DNA from: Calcarisporiella thermophila CBS 279.70
Taxonomy: Eukaryota; Fungi; Calcarisporiellomycota
NCBI RefSeq assembly: GCF_041956535.1
Contig: NW_027192205.1
Location: 594,877 to 658,876 of the forward strand
Length of the DNA stretch: 64,000 nucleotides
Direction of reading: 5' to 3'
Shown: positions 37,131-47,461 of the stretch, piece by piece
Numbering within the stretch: position 1 is the first letter of the stretch
Layout of the letters: each line of letters starts with the position of its first letter
Notes under the pieces: generated by a model
What the model saw: the letters and a program-made list of their open reading frames with translations, nothing else
Told to the model about the DNA's origin: nothing
Database searches by the model: none
Program-made: the position numbers and the translations under genes

Positions 37131-38833
37131 TCATTCATCTGCCCGCGTCGGCAACCCGCGTGGCCTCAATTGTTTCAACCTGTCTCGGGCGGCCTCTACC
37201 TCCTCCGCCCAGTCCAAGCAGAGCACCCTCACCAACAAGATCCCGGCATTCGCCACGGATGAGATGGCCAGCCCGATCCAGAGGCCGCTCAACCCCAGCT
37301 TGAACGCGAGGTGGAGTACGATCGGAATCAACCCGTAGTAGGTCATGAGGTTCGTTTGGGCTACAAAGGACTGGCGGCCACAGGCATAGAGCACGGAGCG
37401 GCACACCACGGCGAGCGTCAGACCCATGTGCACCACCGCCACCAGCGGGACCACCTGTCCCACGTACTCGTTCACGACCTTGTCGGCCCCGATCCAGCGG
37501 GCAAGCCCTAGCTTTCCCAGGAGGACGAGGAAAACGCCCCCTCCGGCGGCCATGAGGCCCGCCCCCGCCACGGCCCAATGCGCCACCTGCTGTGCTTTTT
37601 CCGGCTGCGCAAGTCCCAGGTAGTTGCCCACGCGAACCGTGGCGGCGGTGCCAATCGAGAAGGACAAGGGGAAGAGGAGCGCGATGCCGGACACAAGCAT
37701 GGACTGGGCGGCAAGGTTCCCCCGCCCGAGCCCCCCGGCAATGAGCATGGCGAGCTCGAGATGCCACTCCATGGTTTCCGCCACGATCCCCGCCATCCCC
37801 AGCTTCAGGAAAGGCCAGAGCCCCTTCCAGCCCAGACCCTCTCCAGCAAGGGCCGGTCCGCCCCGCTCCCACAGGCCGTGTGTAAACACGTAGGCTGCAC
37901 TTCCCACCGCCAGGGCCCAGTATGTGGATGCGAGTGCGATCCCCGACCCTACCAGCCCCAGTCGTGCCCATCGCACCCATATGAAGTTTGAGAGAACACT
38001 CACCGGGATTGCCGCTATCAGGACAAGGGCAACTCCCCGCATATGCCCCCTCACTTGCATGTATTTTCTTAAACACACATATGCAAAATTGGCCCACAAT
38101 CCAAACCACACAGTCCAAACATAGTCTCCCACGAGCTTTGCGATCGGGCCCCCTAATCCCAGCCGAAGCAGAATTCGCCCCGAGAAGAAGAACAAGATAG
38201 TGGCCGGCAGGAAAATCAAGAGCGTCACAAGCACGAGCGTGCGCTGGAGGAGCAAGGGTAGGAGAGAGGGTATGGTGAGAGACTGGACGCAGTAAGTGTC
38301 AAGGGAGGTGGAGAGGCCCCAGCCGATGGCAAAGGCAGTGAACATCATGTAAATGCTTCCAATAGATGCGGCGTACAATTCTAGTTACCCGAAAATTAAA
38401 AGAATAATGCCAATGGCAATGATACAAAAATAGGGTAAAACTGGGTCAGCACTACTGATATAGACACCTTTTCGAAGCAACGGTACACTACCAGAAGGGC
38501 CCAAGCTTCCTAATGTACCAGCAGCGAAACAAAAAAAAAAAAGATTAATCAGTAGCCCACACTAATCCAATGATAAGGGTACTAACGCAGAAAGTAAACG
38601 TCCACAAGCCGTAGCACGATCTGGACGCTATACCCCAGAATCAACGGCAAGCACCACTCCACCAGCACGCGTGCCTCCGAGTCCAATTTGGCTAGACGAG
38701 CCATCCTATCCAACCAACTTTCATGCCCCACCTGAAATCGCTCGCATTCCGAGGCTTGTAGGAGAGGGGTTTGTTCGCCGAGTGCGGGAGAGGGGGAAGG
38801 AGACGCTGGCCGCATTCCATGTCGGCGAAGCAT
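37131..38833 (-). CDS. MATE-family efflux transporter, 3 exons including an 18-nt micro-exon (38492-38509)
   Basis: EQTPLL N-terminal motif; GLSTSLDTYCVQS, LRKYMQVRG, GLVGSGIA, AATVRVGNYLG, GLSGLWIGL; many hydrophobic segments. Confidence 0.92.
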
Positions 38834-39127
38834 CTTTGCGGTGATGGGGAGTAGAGAGTTGGTGCGCTTGAGTTGGAGGTCGACTTTGTGGAGCTAGATG
38901 CGATCAAAGGAGAATCGGTCTCATGACTGCTTTTCAACACGAACCTTGCAAAATGCTAATTTGGGTTCGAACCAATTTTAATATAACCATGCCACCCATA
39001 TTTATTACTCTGCCTAAGCTCACAGACACCCCTTCTCCTTTCCTCTTTTCTATTTCAACATTCAACCTGGTCCGGGGGTGATCTCGGTATTTAATCACTT
39101 GTTTTGTCATATATTAGGCTCAACTCC

Positions 39128-39397
39128 ATGGAATTCTCCCTCCTCACATCCATCCTCCTTGCTCTCCTCGTCCTCGTCTCCCTGGCCGAGGTTCGAGCCA
39201 GCCCCATGCCCCCCACCGACACCTTTGACTTCTTTCTCGACCTGAACAGCAGGGGCAAGCTCGCATTGTTGCGGCGCGTGCTCGAAAACGAGGAATTCTA
39301 CAATCTCTCGCCCAGCGAGCTGCAGGCCCTGAAGGAGGACGTGTACACGCGACTCGAGGAGCGCAATGACATTATGGCAGAGATTTTGGCCGAGTAG
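39128..39397 (+). CDS. Small (89 aa) secreted acidic helical protein, orphan
   Basis: Signal peptide MEFSLLTSILLALLVLVSLAEVRA-SP; GC3-rich codon usage; no Cys. Confidence 0.7.
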   Translation: MEFSLLTSILLALLVLVSLAEVRASPMPPTDTFDFFLDLNSRGKLALLRRVLENEEFYNLSPSELQALKEDVYTRLEERNDIMAEILAE

Positions 39398-39658
39398 ATA
39401 GGTCGGGTGGCGTCCACTCTGGTGCCCGAGGGAGCTGTTACTCAATGGCTTAATTACATGCAGAAGTAGATGGGTGGATGGCGATGGCGATGGCGACTAG
39501 GCTGCTCTTTGGCTCTGTTGTGATTTTTCATTGTACAGAATGGGGGAGATGGAAGACAAACATAGATAGTATATAGAAAAGCTATTTTTTTTCTCGTGTT
39601 CCTCAAATTTTTCCATGAATTAGAATAAAACTAGCATATAAGGAAGGAAAAGGGGGAT

Positions 39659-41843
39659 CTACTGTTTTAAGAACACCTCCAAATTGAATTCCAAAGCAGA
39701 TACCGCATAACCAATCTCGAACTTCTGCAACACCTCGGGATGTATTGTCCCGAAGCTGCCCACCTTGACCACCGACCTCTCGACCGGACCATTGACCTCC
39801 CCCATGGCCTTGGCCACCCGCCGGTACAGCACGTCCGCACTCCGGCCCGGGAAATACGTCGGGTTGGCCGACTCCTCGATCCAGTACCCGCTCTCGTCGC
39901 CGTGCTTGTCAACCAGCTTCACCCCCATCTGGCTCATGATTCGATTCAGGAGGCCATGCGTGATCTCAAACCCGGAGGTCTTGCCCGCGTAGGCCGCGCA
40001 CACCCGCCGTTCGTTACGGGTAAGGCGATCTTGCGTGGCGTCCTTGAAGGCCACCTCCGACACCTCGAACACCTTGATGGGGAGCGGGTATTTCTTGTTG
40101 TGCGAGATGGTCTTCAGCACACCCGGCAGAAGGGTGGTGCGCACCACCTGATATTCAATCGTCTTGGGATTCGCGAGCTTGATGGCCTCATCCCCCTTGT
40201 CCTCGCGGTTAAGGAAGGCGAAGTTCTCGTCATGTGAGCACAGGATCAGAGGCATGACCTCGTAAAAGCCCGCGAGGGCAAGCTCCATCCGGACCCGGTC
40301 GGCAAGCTTGTTCACGGGAAGTGAACTGCCAAACGTGTTCACGGAGGGGAACTTGCGCGGCAGATTGTTGTAGCCATAGGCAATGGCCGCATCCTCCATC
40401 AGATCACATGCGTGGAGAATATCGCTGCGCGTCGGGGGGACCTTGACGACAATCTCGTCCTCCTGTGCAGTGGCGTCCAGCGACATGCGGTTGAGCAGCG
40501 ATGCAATATCTGACGCGGAGAGGCCAAGACCCGTGCACGAATTGATGTATTCTGTGCTGACCTTGGTGTCTCGGGGGGTCAAGTCGGGCGTCACCATCGT
40601 GGTTCCGTCAGGGTAGACCACCTCCACCGGCTCCACGGTGAACGGCTTCTTGCAGTATTGCGAGAACATGGTCACAAGGGTGTTCACCACGATGTTTGCC
40701 TTTGTCAAGTCGGTGGCTGTCACCTCGATGAACACGTTCTTGGTTTGCAGGGTGATTTTGGAGTGGTCGCTATTGATGATAGGTGGAAGTGAGAGTACGG
40801 TGCGTTTCGAGTCGTAGATGATCGGGTAGACGGGCGAATCTCGGATGATGTGTAGGAACTTTCCGAGGTGTTTATCGGCCTACGATCCCAAGCGAGCGAT
40901 AAGCATCAAAGGAGTGTTAAACAAGTAGAAAATGGGGGAGGAGGAGGAGGGTATAGGTGATTCGCCTCACCTCATAGAACTGCATTAATGCCTCGCCATC
41001 CATTGACTTTGATTGATTTAGCGGGATAAAGTTAATCTCTTTAGGGGGAAGTGCCTCGTATGTGAAGGGGCCTTGGATAGTATCAAGATCGTGAGTGCCC
41101 ATCGAGGCCAACGTTCGCTTACTATAGTGAAAAATCCATAAAAAGATTAGACCCAGTTATCCTAAGGAAGCAATAACCCAAAAATCCGAACCGGCAGATG
41201 TTCATGTGCAATTTGTCTTGAAGTGCAATAAAGTTATCATAGTTCATTTCGTCAAAGGTTATATCACGTAGAATAGCGGCCACAACGAAGGGTCGAATTT
41301 GCTTTGTCTATACGTGTTAAACGGGTTAGATTTTGAAAAAAAAAAAACCGGGAAAAGAAGGCAGAGCAAGAAAATGTATACCTCTGGTTTGACGATGAGT
41401 TTTTGGAGAACATTGTTCGGAGGACGGACAGTGGTATATTTTGGCGCGGCGCCATTCTTCTGGAAAATATTAAGAGCACGTGCAATACCCTCAGGACATA
41501 ACAGATCATAGCGATTTGCTGGAATGTCGATCTTAAGTGTGGGTCGACCAGGAAGGGGTTTGCCGGATTCATCCAAAAGTTCTGAAGACTAGAAATCGGA
41601 AGAAATGCGAGAAATTAAGTTAGGGGCTGTAGCAGATTGTATGGCAGCAAGAAAAAGGGGGGCTCCCGTACATCTTCCTCCAGCTCAATACCGAACTCGA
41701 AGCATAAATCACGGAACTCGTCGGTCGCTAATCATACAAAGAGATGAAGATTGCGCAAGTCAACAAAGGGCACCAAGGGGCTTACTGTATTCGCGGCCCA
41801 ATGATTTATAGAGTTCTTCCTTATCAACAGTGACGGTCGGCAT
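39659..41843 (-). CDS. FRS1: Cytosolic phenylalanyl-tRNA synthetase beta subunit, multi-exon
   Basis: [78 protein letters not shown]. Confidence 0.96.
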
Positions 41844-42247
41844 GATGGAGGCGGGTCTATGTCTAAATCTATAGGGTAGCTTTGAAACGCGATGCAGTAG
41901 CTTGAAATTTTATCCCCATTCACTCATTTTTTGTTGGTGTTGATACAGGAGCCAAGCCACCCGCAGCACCTCTATGCTCGTCGAAATTTACGAATGACAG
42001 CCAATACTGTCAAAGTGAGAACGTTTCGAATGAAAGAGCATGATTGGTCGGATTAATTTGAGTCATAAGAATTTGTATTTATTTCGCTCGGAGAAGGGAT
42101 CAGAGATAAAAGACAAACGGGCTTTTTGGTCTCCACTTTTTTTATCACACTGTCTTTGTCGCATATAAACCCTCCTCCTCTTTTTCTGTTGTCATATAGT
42201 CTTATTATAGCTCTCCCCCATTACCTCTCACAAACAACTCCACCAAC

Positions 42248-43697
42248 ATGGTAGTCGAAGCACAGAACAAGAAAAAACTCATTGTATTTGACACTTCTCT
42301 CCGGGATGGCGAGCAGGTAGGAAACCAGAATGGGCCCAAACTAAATCAAAAATCACAGACTTACCAGAGATTATTGCTCTCATCGAATAGTCGCCCGGAG
42401 TAACCCTCACCACCGAAGAAAAGGTGGAAATTGCAAAACAACTCTCAAAACTAGGAGTCGATGTGTGTGAAGCAGGATTTCCGGTGGCGTCAGAGGGTGA
42501 TTTTGATGCAGTCTATCGCATCGCAAAGGAAGCCGGCCATCTCATGGAAGGGCGAGAGCATATAGGAACGCCAATGGTAAAGAAATAGCTTCTTCGTAGC
42601 CTTTTTTTTCGAATGCATAATGGCTTAAGCTTTGCGAAACTCTATTTTTCCAGACTATTGCTGCCCTTGCCCGCGCAACACCCAACGATATTAAGCGTGC
42701 GGCCCAAGCGCTCGAGCCTGCCCCCTCCAAACGCATCCACACGTTCCTAGCCTCCTCCGATATCCATCTTCAATACAAACTTAAGATCTCACGTGAAGAA
42801 TGCATTCGCCGTGCAGTAGCCGCGGTCGAGCTTGCTCGCACCTTTGTAGAGGACGTAGAGTTTTCTCCAGAGGATGCGTCGCGGAGCGACCGTGACTTCT
42901 TGTGTCAGCTGCTGGGCGAGGTCATTAAGGCCGGTGCAACCACCCTCAATATTCCCGACACAGTAGGATACAACACGCCTGCAGTATATGGCAATCTGAT
43001 CAAATATCTGCGCGAAAACACTCCTGGGGCTGATAAGGTAGAGTTTAGATAAAAACAACGTTTAGCCGCCTGTCACCAACTCTAATTTATTGCTTGCTCT
43101 TAGGCTATCTGGTCCACTCACTGTCACAATGACCTAGGGCTTGCGACGGCAAATACCCTTGCGGGGATTGAAAACGGGGCCTGCCAGGTAGAGGTGGCCA
43201 TCAATGGAATTGGTGAGCGCGCGGGCAATACCGCGCTTGAAGAAGTGGTCATGGCAGTTCACACCCACCCGGGCCATTATCCCGTATATCACACAATTAA
43301 TACGCCCTTTATCTTCGAGACCTCGCAGCTTGTCTCACGTTGCACGCAAATGCATGTGCAATGGAACAAGGCTATTGTCGGGCGCAACGCATTTTTGCAT
43401 GAGAGCGGCATTCACCAGGACGGGGTGATTAAGCATAAGCAAACCTACGAGATCATGGATCCGGCCTCAGTAGGGGTGATGGTTCGCTCGACGCTCGTCC
43501 TCGGGAAGCACTCCGGCCGCAATGCATTTAGACAGCACCTTATCGAGCTGGGCTTCAAGGACCTGAAGGAGGAGGAGTTTGAAAGTGCCTTTTCAACATT
43601 TAAGCGCATGTGCGACACAAAAAAGCAAGTCACCGATGCAGACATTCTGAGCATCATTTCCAAACAAGTCCCTGGAAGCTCAGTAATTAGTGTTTAA
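42248..43697 (+). CDS. leuA: 2-isopropylmalate synthase (plant/bacterial LeuA type), about 410 aa, lacking the C-terminal regulatory domain; 4 exons
   Basis: [75 protein letters not shown]; exons 42248-42316, 42391-42576, 42654-43037, 43104-43697. Confidence 0.92.
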
Positions 43698-43705
43698 ATT
43701 ATTGA

Positions 43706-43760
43706 CCTCTCTTCCTCTCTTCCTCTCTTCCTCTCTTCCTACCCTCCCCTCCCCTCTTCC
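43706..43760. repeat. (CTCTTCCT)n pyrimidine repeat
   Basis: Tandem units read directly after the leuA stop. Confidence 0.75.
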
Positions 43761-44930
43761 AGCCTTTTTCTCGAATCTTTGTTTGTACTGTTAAGTCCAT
43801 GTGTTTTGATTTACAAAAACAAAAACAATCAAATAATAATCTTGTCCATTTGCTGTTTCTTTAACCGACTTGGAAAGTTGATGTCATGCCTGTATTAAAA
43901 GGGAAAATTAGGTGCACCTAGATATAGAGGCGATTGCTTGGAATAAGTCGTGCAAATAAGCATTACAGGTAGATTATTAGCGTTTCATCACAGACTAAAT
44001 AAAAAATAGCTTGGGCAATGCACCCAACTTGTCATCAATAGGATCTTGTTTAGGAAAAATAAGAGATTATATTAGTGTCTTTTTGGATAATAGACCGAAC
44101 GCAACAATTTGGAATATAGAGTCCCAGTAGTAACTGATATAAATAAATATTATCCAAAACATCCCAACTTCAACACAGTTGTACCAAATTTCTTACGCTT
44201 ACCACTTTTTCTTATCCTGGATTCTATGGTTTATCATCCCTTTCATTTGATGTATTAATGCAATTTATAAATATGAAAAATTAGTATTCCTTTTAATAGG
44301 TAGATATATTCTTTATTTAATCACTTTATTATATCCTTTATTGATATTACACTCTCTCCTTCTGCACGTATTTCTTCCTAGTGCATTCTTCAAATATTTC
44401 CGCCTCCTGTCTTCCACTCTTGTTACTACCTAAAAGCTATCTTGTCACTACATGGTTTCCGTTAATTTTTATCTTTTTTTTTATCTTTTTTTTCTACATT
44501 TTTTTTAACAAAGGACTTTTATTGAAAAGTGTCCTATCCTGTTAAAAAGGTAGGGTAGCTTCTACGTCAAAATCACCCAGGTAATGCTCCTGGCCTTCCT
44601 TGCAGAATTTGGAGAATAGACGGAAAAAAGGAAGGAAGAAAAGGATTTAAGTGTAAGAGGAAGAGAGAAAAGGTGATGAGGAAAGAGCTAGGAAAGTATG
44701 GAAACAGCAATTAGCTTAATAAAGAAGGGGATAGGAATAACTGTAAGAGGGGGGGGATAAAGGTTGTGTGCAATGGTATTAAGATAGGCTACTTATGTAC
44801 ATGAAATAACGAAAAGAACTTTTTTCTACAGGTTATTGAGGTGTTTCTTTCTAAGATCCCGCTCAAAAAGAAGAAAAAAGGATGGATCTGCCATTATAAT
44901 TATAAAGAACTAGGGTGATGTGAAAATTTT

Positions 44931-45002
44931 TAGCGACGAAAGGTTTCGATCCTTTGACCTTCAGGTTATGAGCCTGACGAACTTCCACTGTTCCACGTCG
45001 CT
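44931..45002 (-). tRNA. tRNA-iMet (CAT), initiator
   Basis: Cloverleaf AGCGACG..CGTCGCT-A; A1:U72 pair; anticodon arm TCAGG-CTCATAA-CCTGA; initiator-type T-loop GATCGAAAC. Confidence 0.95.
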
Positions 45003-45020
45003 TCAACATGAATATCGTAA

Positions 45021-45535
45021 TTCGAGTCACATATCAAGCCAACTCTAAGATTCAAACTCCGACGCCAATTAAAAACTGGTTTTCTGTGGAGGTGGTTTAT
45101 CAGGCTCCAACAAAAGATCCTCGATAAGCCCTGGACAAGCATGCATAAGTACGAGAAACTCTTCGAATTCCACGAGGAGACGCGGGGCAAAGTTCAACAA
45201 GTCTCCATGTGGTTACACGACATCATGGTGTGGAGTATACATAAGACCAGGATTGCAATTGTAATGGACAACCAAGACCACGAGGACATCGCATTCAAGT
45301 GTATCCTTTTATCAGATCTTATCATAGCAATCAAAGGACAATGGATACAGGCACAGAGGAAAAAAGACGAAGAAGGGCTCAAGCAAAAATGGGGATAGAG
45401 CTCGCTAATCCAGATCGATGACAGCCAAGAAGTAGCCTTCGTTTTCGAGGAAGCCAAGAACACCTAATCTATCAAATTCCTTTACTAACAAAAAAGGATA
45501 CTTCTTAATAAAAATCCTCCAAAAATAAAAAATAC
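45021..45535 (+). mobile_element. 5'-truncated non-LTR (L1/Tx1-like) retrotransposon remnant: ORF2 C-terminus plus A-rich tail
   Basis: Frame reads FLWRWF...MVWSIHKTRIAIVMD...LKQKWG*, resembling the post-zf-RVT LWxW / WxIWKxRNxxVF / FxxxW tail; in-frame TAG at 45396; A-rich 3' end. Confidence 0.6.
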
Positions 45536-45799
45536 TATATTCCATGGGCAAACTAGCCTATCCTGCCCTCACCAGATTCTGGATTTTTCAAATATTACTG
45601 TTTCTTAATTCTCCTGTAACTCCCTCCAGTATTGGGTTATATCCTGCACAAAGACACTCGTTCTGTGATTTTATTTTTCAAGATTGCATATATACTCTGT
45701 TAAAGAGGTTTTAAATTTCACATAAATTCTGGCTAGGAGTACTAGCTAGGTGGTTTTGACGTACTAATTATATATGATATTTCAGTCTATTCAAGAAAT

Positions 45800-46210
45800 T
45801 TCACAGAACATTTGAAGCATCTTTGCGAAGTCATTGTCAAAATGTGAGCGAGCTATTTCCCGAGTAAATTTGAATATCATCAATAAATACTACCACGTGT
45901 TTCCACAGTATTCCATCTAGTATTCTTCTCATGAGTCGCTGGAAGATGACCGCCTCGTTGGTGAATCCAATAACATTACATTAAATTGGTAGCCACTCTG
46001 TCTCGTGATAAAAACCGTTATGGTTTATCCTCGTCCTTCATGGCTACTTCTCAGTAACCGCTATCAGTGTATAGCACCAAAAAATCGTGAAACCATTTTG
46101 TGAGTGCTGATACTAAGAATCTCACATGGGCGTCCGTAGTTAATCAGCATATCTTGATACAGGAAGTTAGCGATGGTTTCTTTAATTGCTTCAAGTTAGT
46201 AATTTTACGC
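45800..46210 (-). mobile_element. Degenerate Ty3/gypsy retrotransposon fragments (RT and integrase core)
   Basis: Minus strand: DSGY*EVAMKDEDKP/TVFITRQSGYQFNVM/GFTNEAVIFQRLMRRILDGILWKHVVVFIDDIQIYS with a stop and frameshifts; ETIANFLYQDMLINYGRPCEILS (rve-like). Confidence 0.85.
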
Positions 46211-46952
46211 GCCTTAAATGGGGAGGTTTCATTGCCTTAACATAATCTTGAGTTAGTGCTATCTAATAAGCGTAGCCAAATGCATCCATTTCCGTTTCGT
46301 GAAATGAACATGAGTATTGAATAGTATGGCACTGATGGTTATTAGAAGGTCGAACTGGAATAAGGCAATCTTGTTGTAAATTGGAACCTCTATTTATTAT
46401 ACAAGATGGTACTATGGCATATTCAAAGGTACCATTTCTGTTTGTGCATGGTATTTGTCAAATATGGACATCAAGCATATGTTCGAGTGCTCAAGATGAA
46501 GAAAGACGAAAACTGAATACAAACAAATGGATAGCATCCGAAGAAGTAACATAAAGTAACGAATTGGCTAAGATCGAATAGCTATAAAATATTTAACGTT
46601 TATTTACAGATTTGCTTATATTAGGTCTACGAATTCTCCTTCTCTTTTCGACCTTTTGATGCCCACAGTTAGTATTCCCTTTCCCTTTGTTTTACTACGA
46701 CCTTCATTATTTTCTTTTTACTTAAAAATAACTTAGTATTCACTATTTTACACTGATCATCTATTTCACTTAGCCATTGCTCTCCTTTTTTATATTTTTA
46801 TTCCATTGTTTGCTAATGTATTTAATGTGTATCATCATGATTTTTATTTTCAGTAATTTATACTTTAATGTTATAAAAAAAAATAAATTATATTTAAAAA
46901 TAGTCATTCAGCTATCTAGAATTTTGTTAAAGATAAAAAATCAAAAGTCAAT

Positions 46953-47025
46953 CGCCCATGGCAGGACTCGAACCTGCAACCTTTAGATCCGAAGTCTAAC
47001 GCGCTATCCATTGCGCCACATGAGC
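46953..47025 (-). tRNA. tRNA-Arg (TCG)
   Basis: GCTCATG..CATGGGC-G; anticodon arm TTAGA-CTTCGGA-TCTAA; GGTTCGAGTCC B-box. Confidence 0.95.
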
Positions 47026-47231
47026 TTACATTTTTGGATGTAATAAAAAATAAATATATAGCAAAATTTAAAAAAACTTATATTGTTTTTTATTGTCAGA
47101 ATACAAAAATGAAATAATTTTATTAATTACACATAATATTCAATACTCATATTAATGTTTAAACTTAAAATTCTTTATTTTTTTTGTTTTTTCACGACTA
47201 TAATTAATCTAATCTCTCCAATCGGTGTAGA

Positions 47232-47305
47232 GTTTTCGTGGTGTAGTTGGTTATCACGTACGCCTCACACGCGTAAGGTCTCCGGTTCGAACCCGGACGA
47301 AAACA
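47232..47305 (+). tRNA. tRNA-Val (CAC)
   Basis: GTTTTCG..CGAAAAC-A; anticodon arm TACGC-CTCACAC-GCGTA; GGTTCGAACCC; oligo-T terminator follows. Confidence 0.95.
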
Positions 47306-47461
47306 TTTTTTTACTCTTTAAACCATTGACAAATATTTTTTATTACAAAAATATTTATATTCTTATATTAATTAATTCATCGATTTATATCCAATATAAA
47401 CAAATCGAAGTCCTTAAGAGGAATATATATATTATGATTGTCAATTTATAATTCTCTCCAA

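Noticed and set aside
45301-45310. GTATCCTT U12-type donor-like motifs (also ~16906)
   Set aside because: Not at an intron boundary of any gene model; no matching branch site
46030-46060. In-frame TGA in the RT fragment as possible selenocysteine or readthrough
   Set aside because: It replaces a conserved Trp in a frameshifted, decayed element
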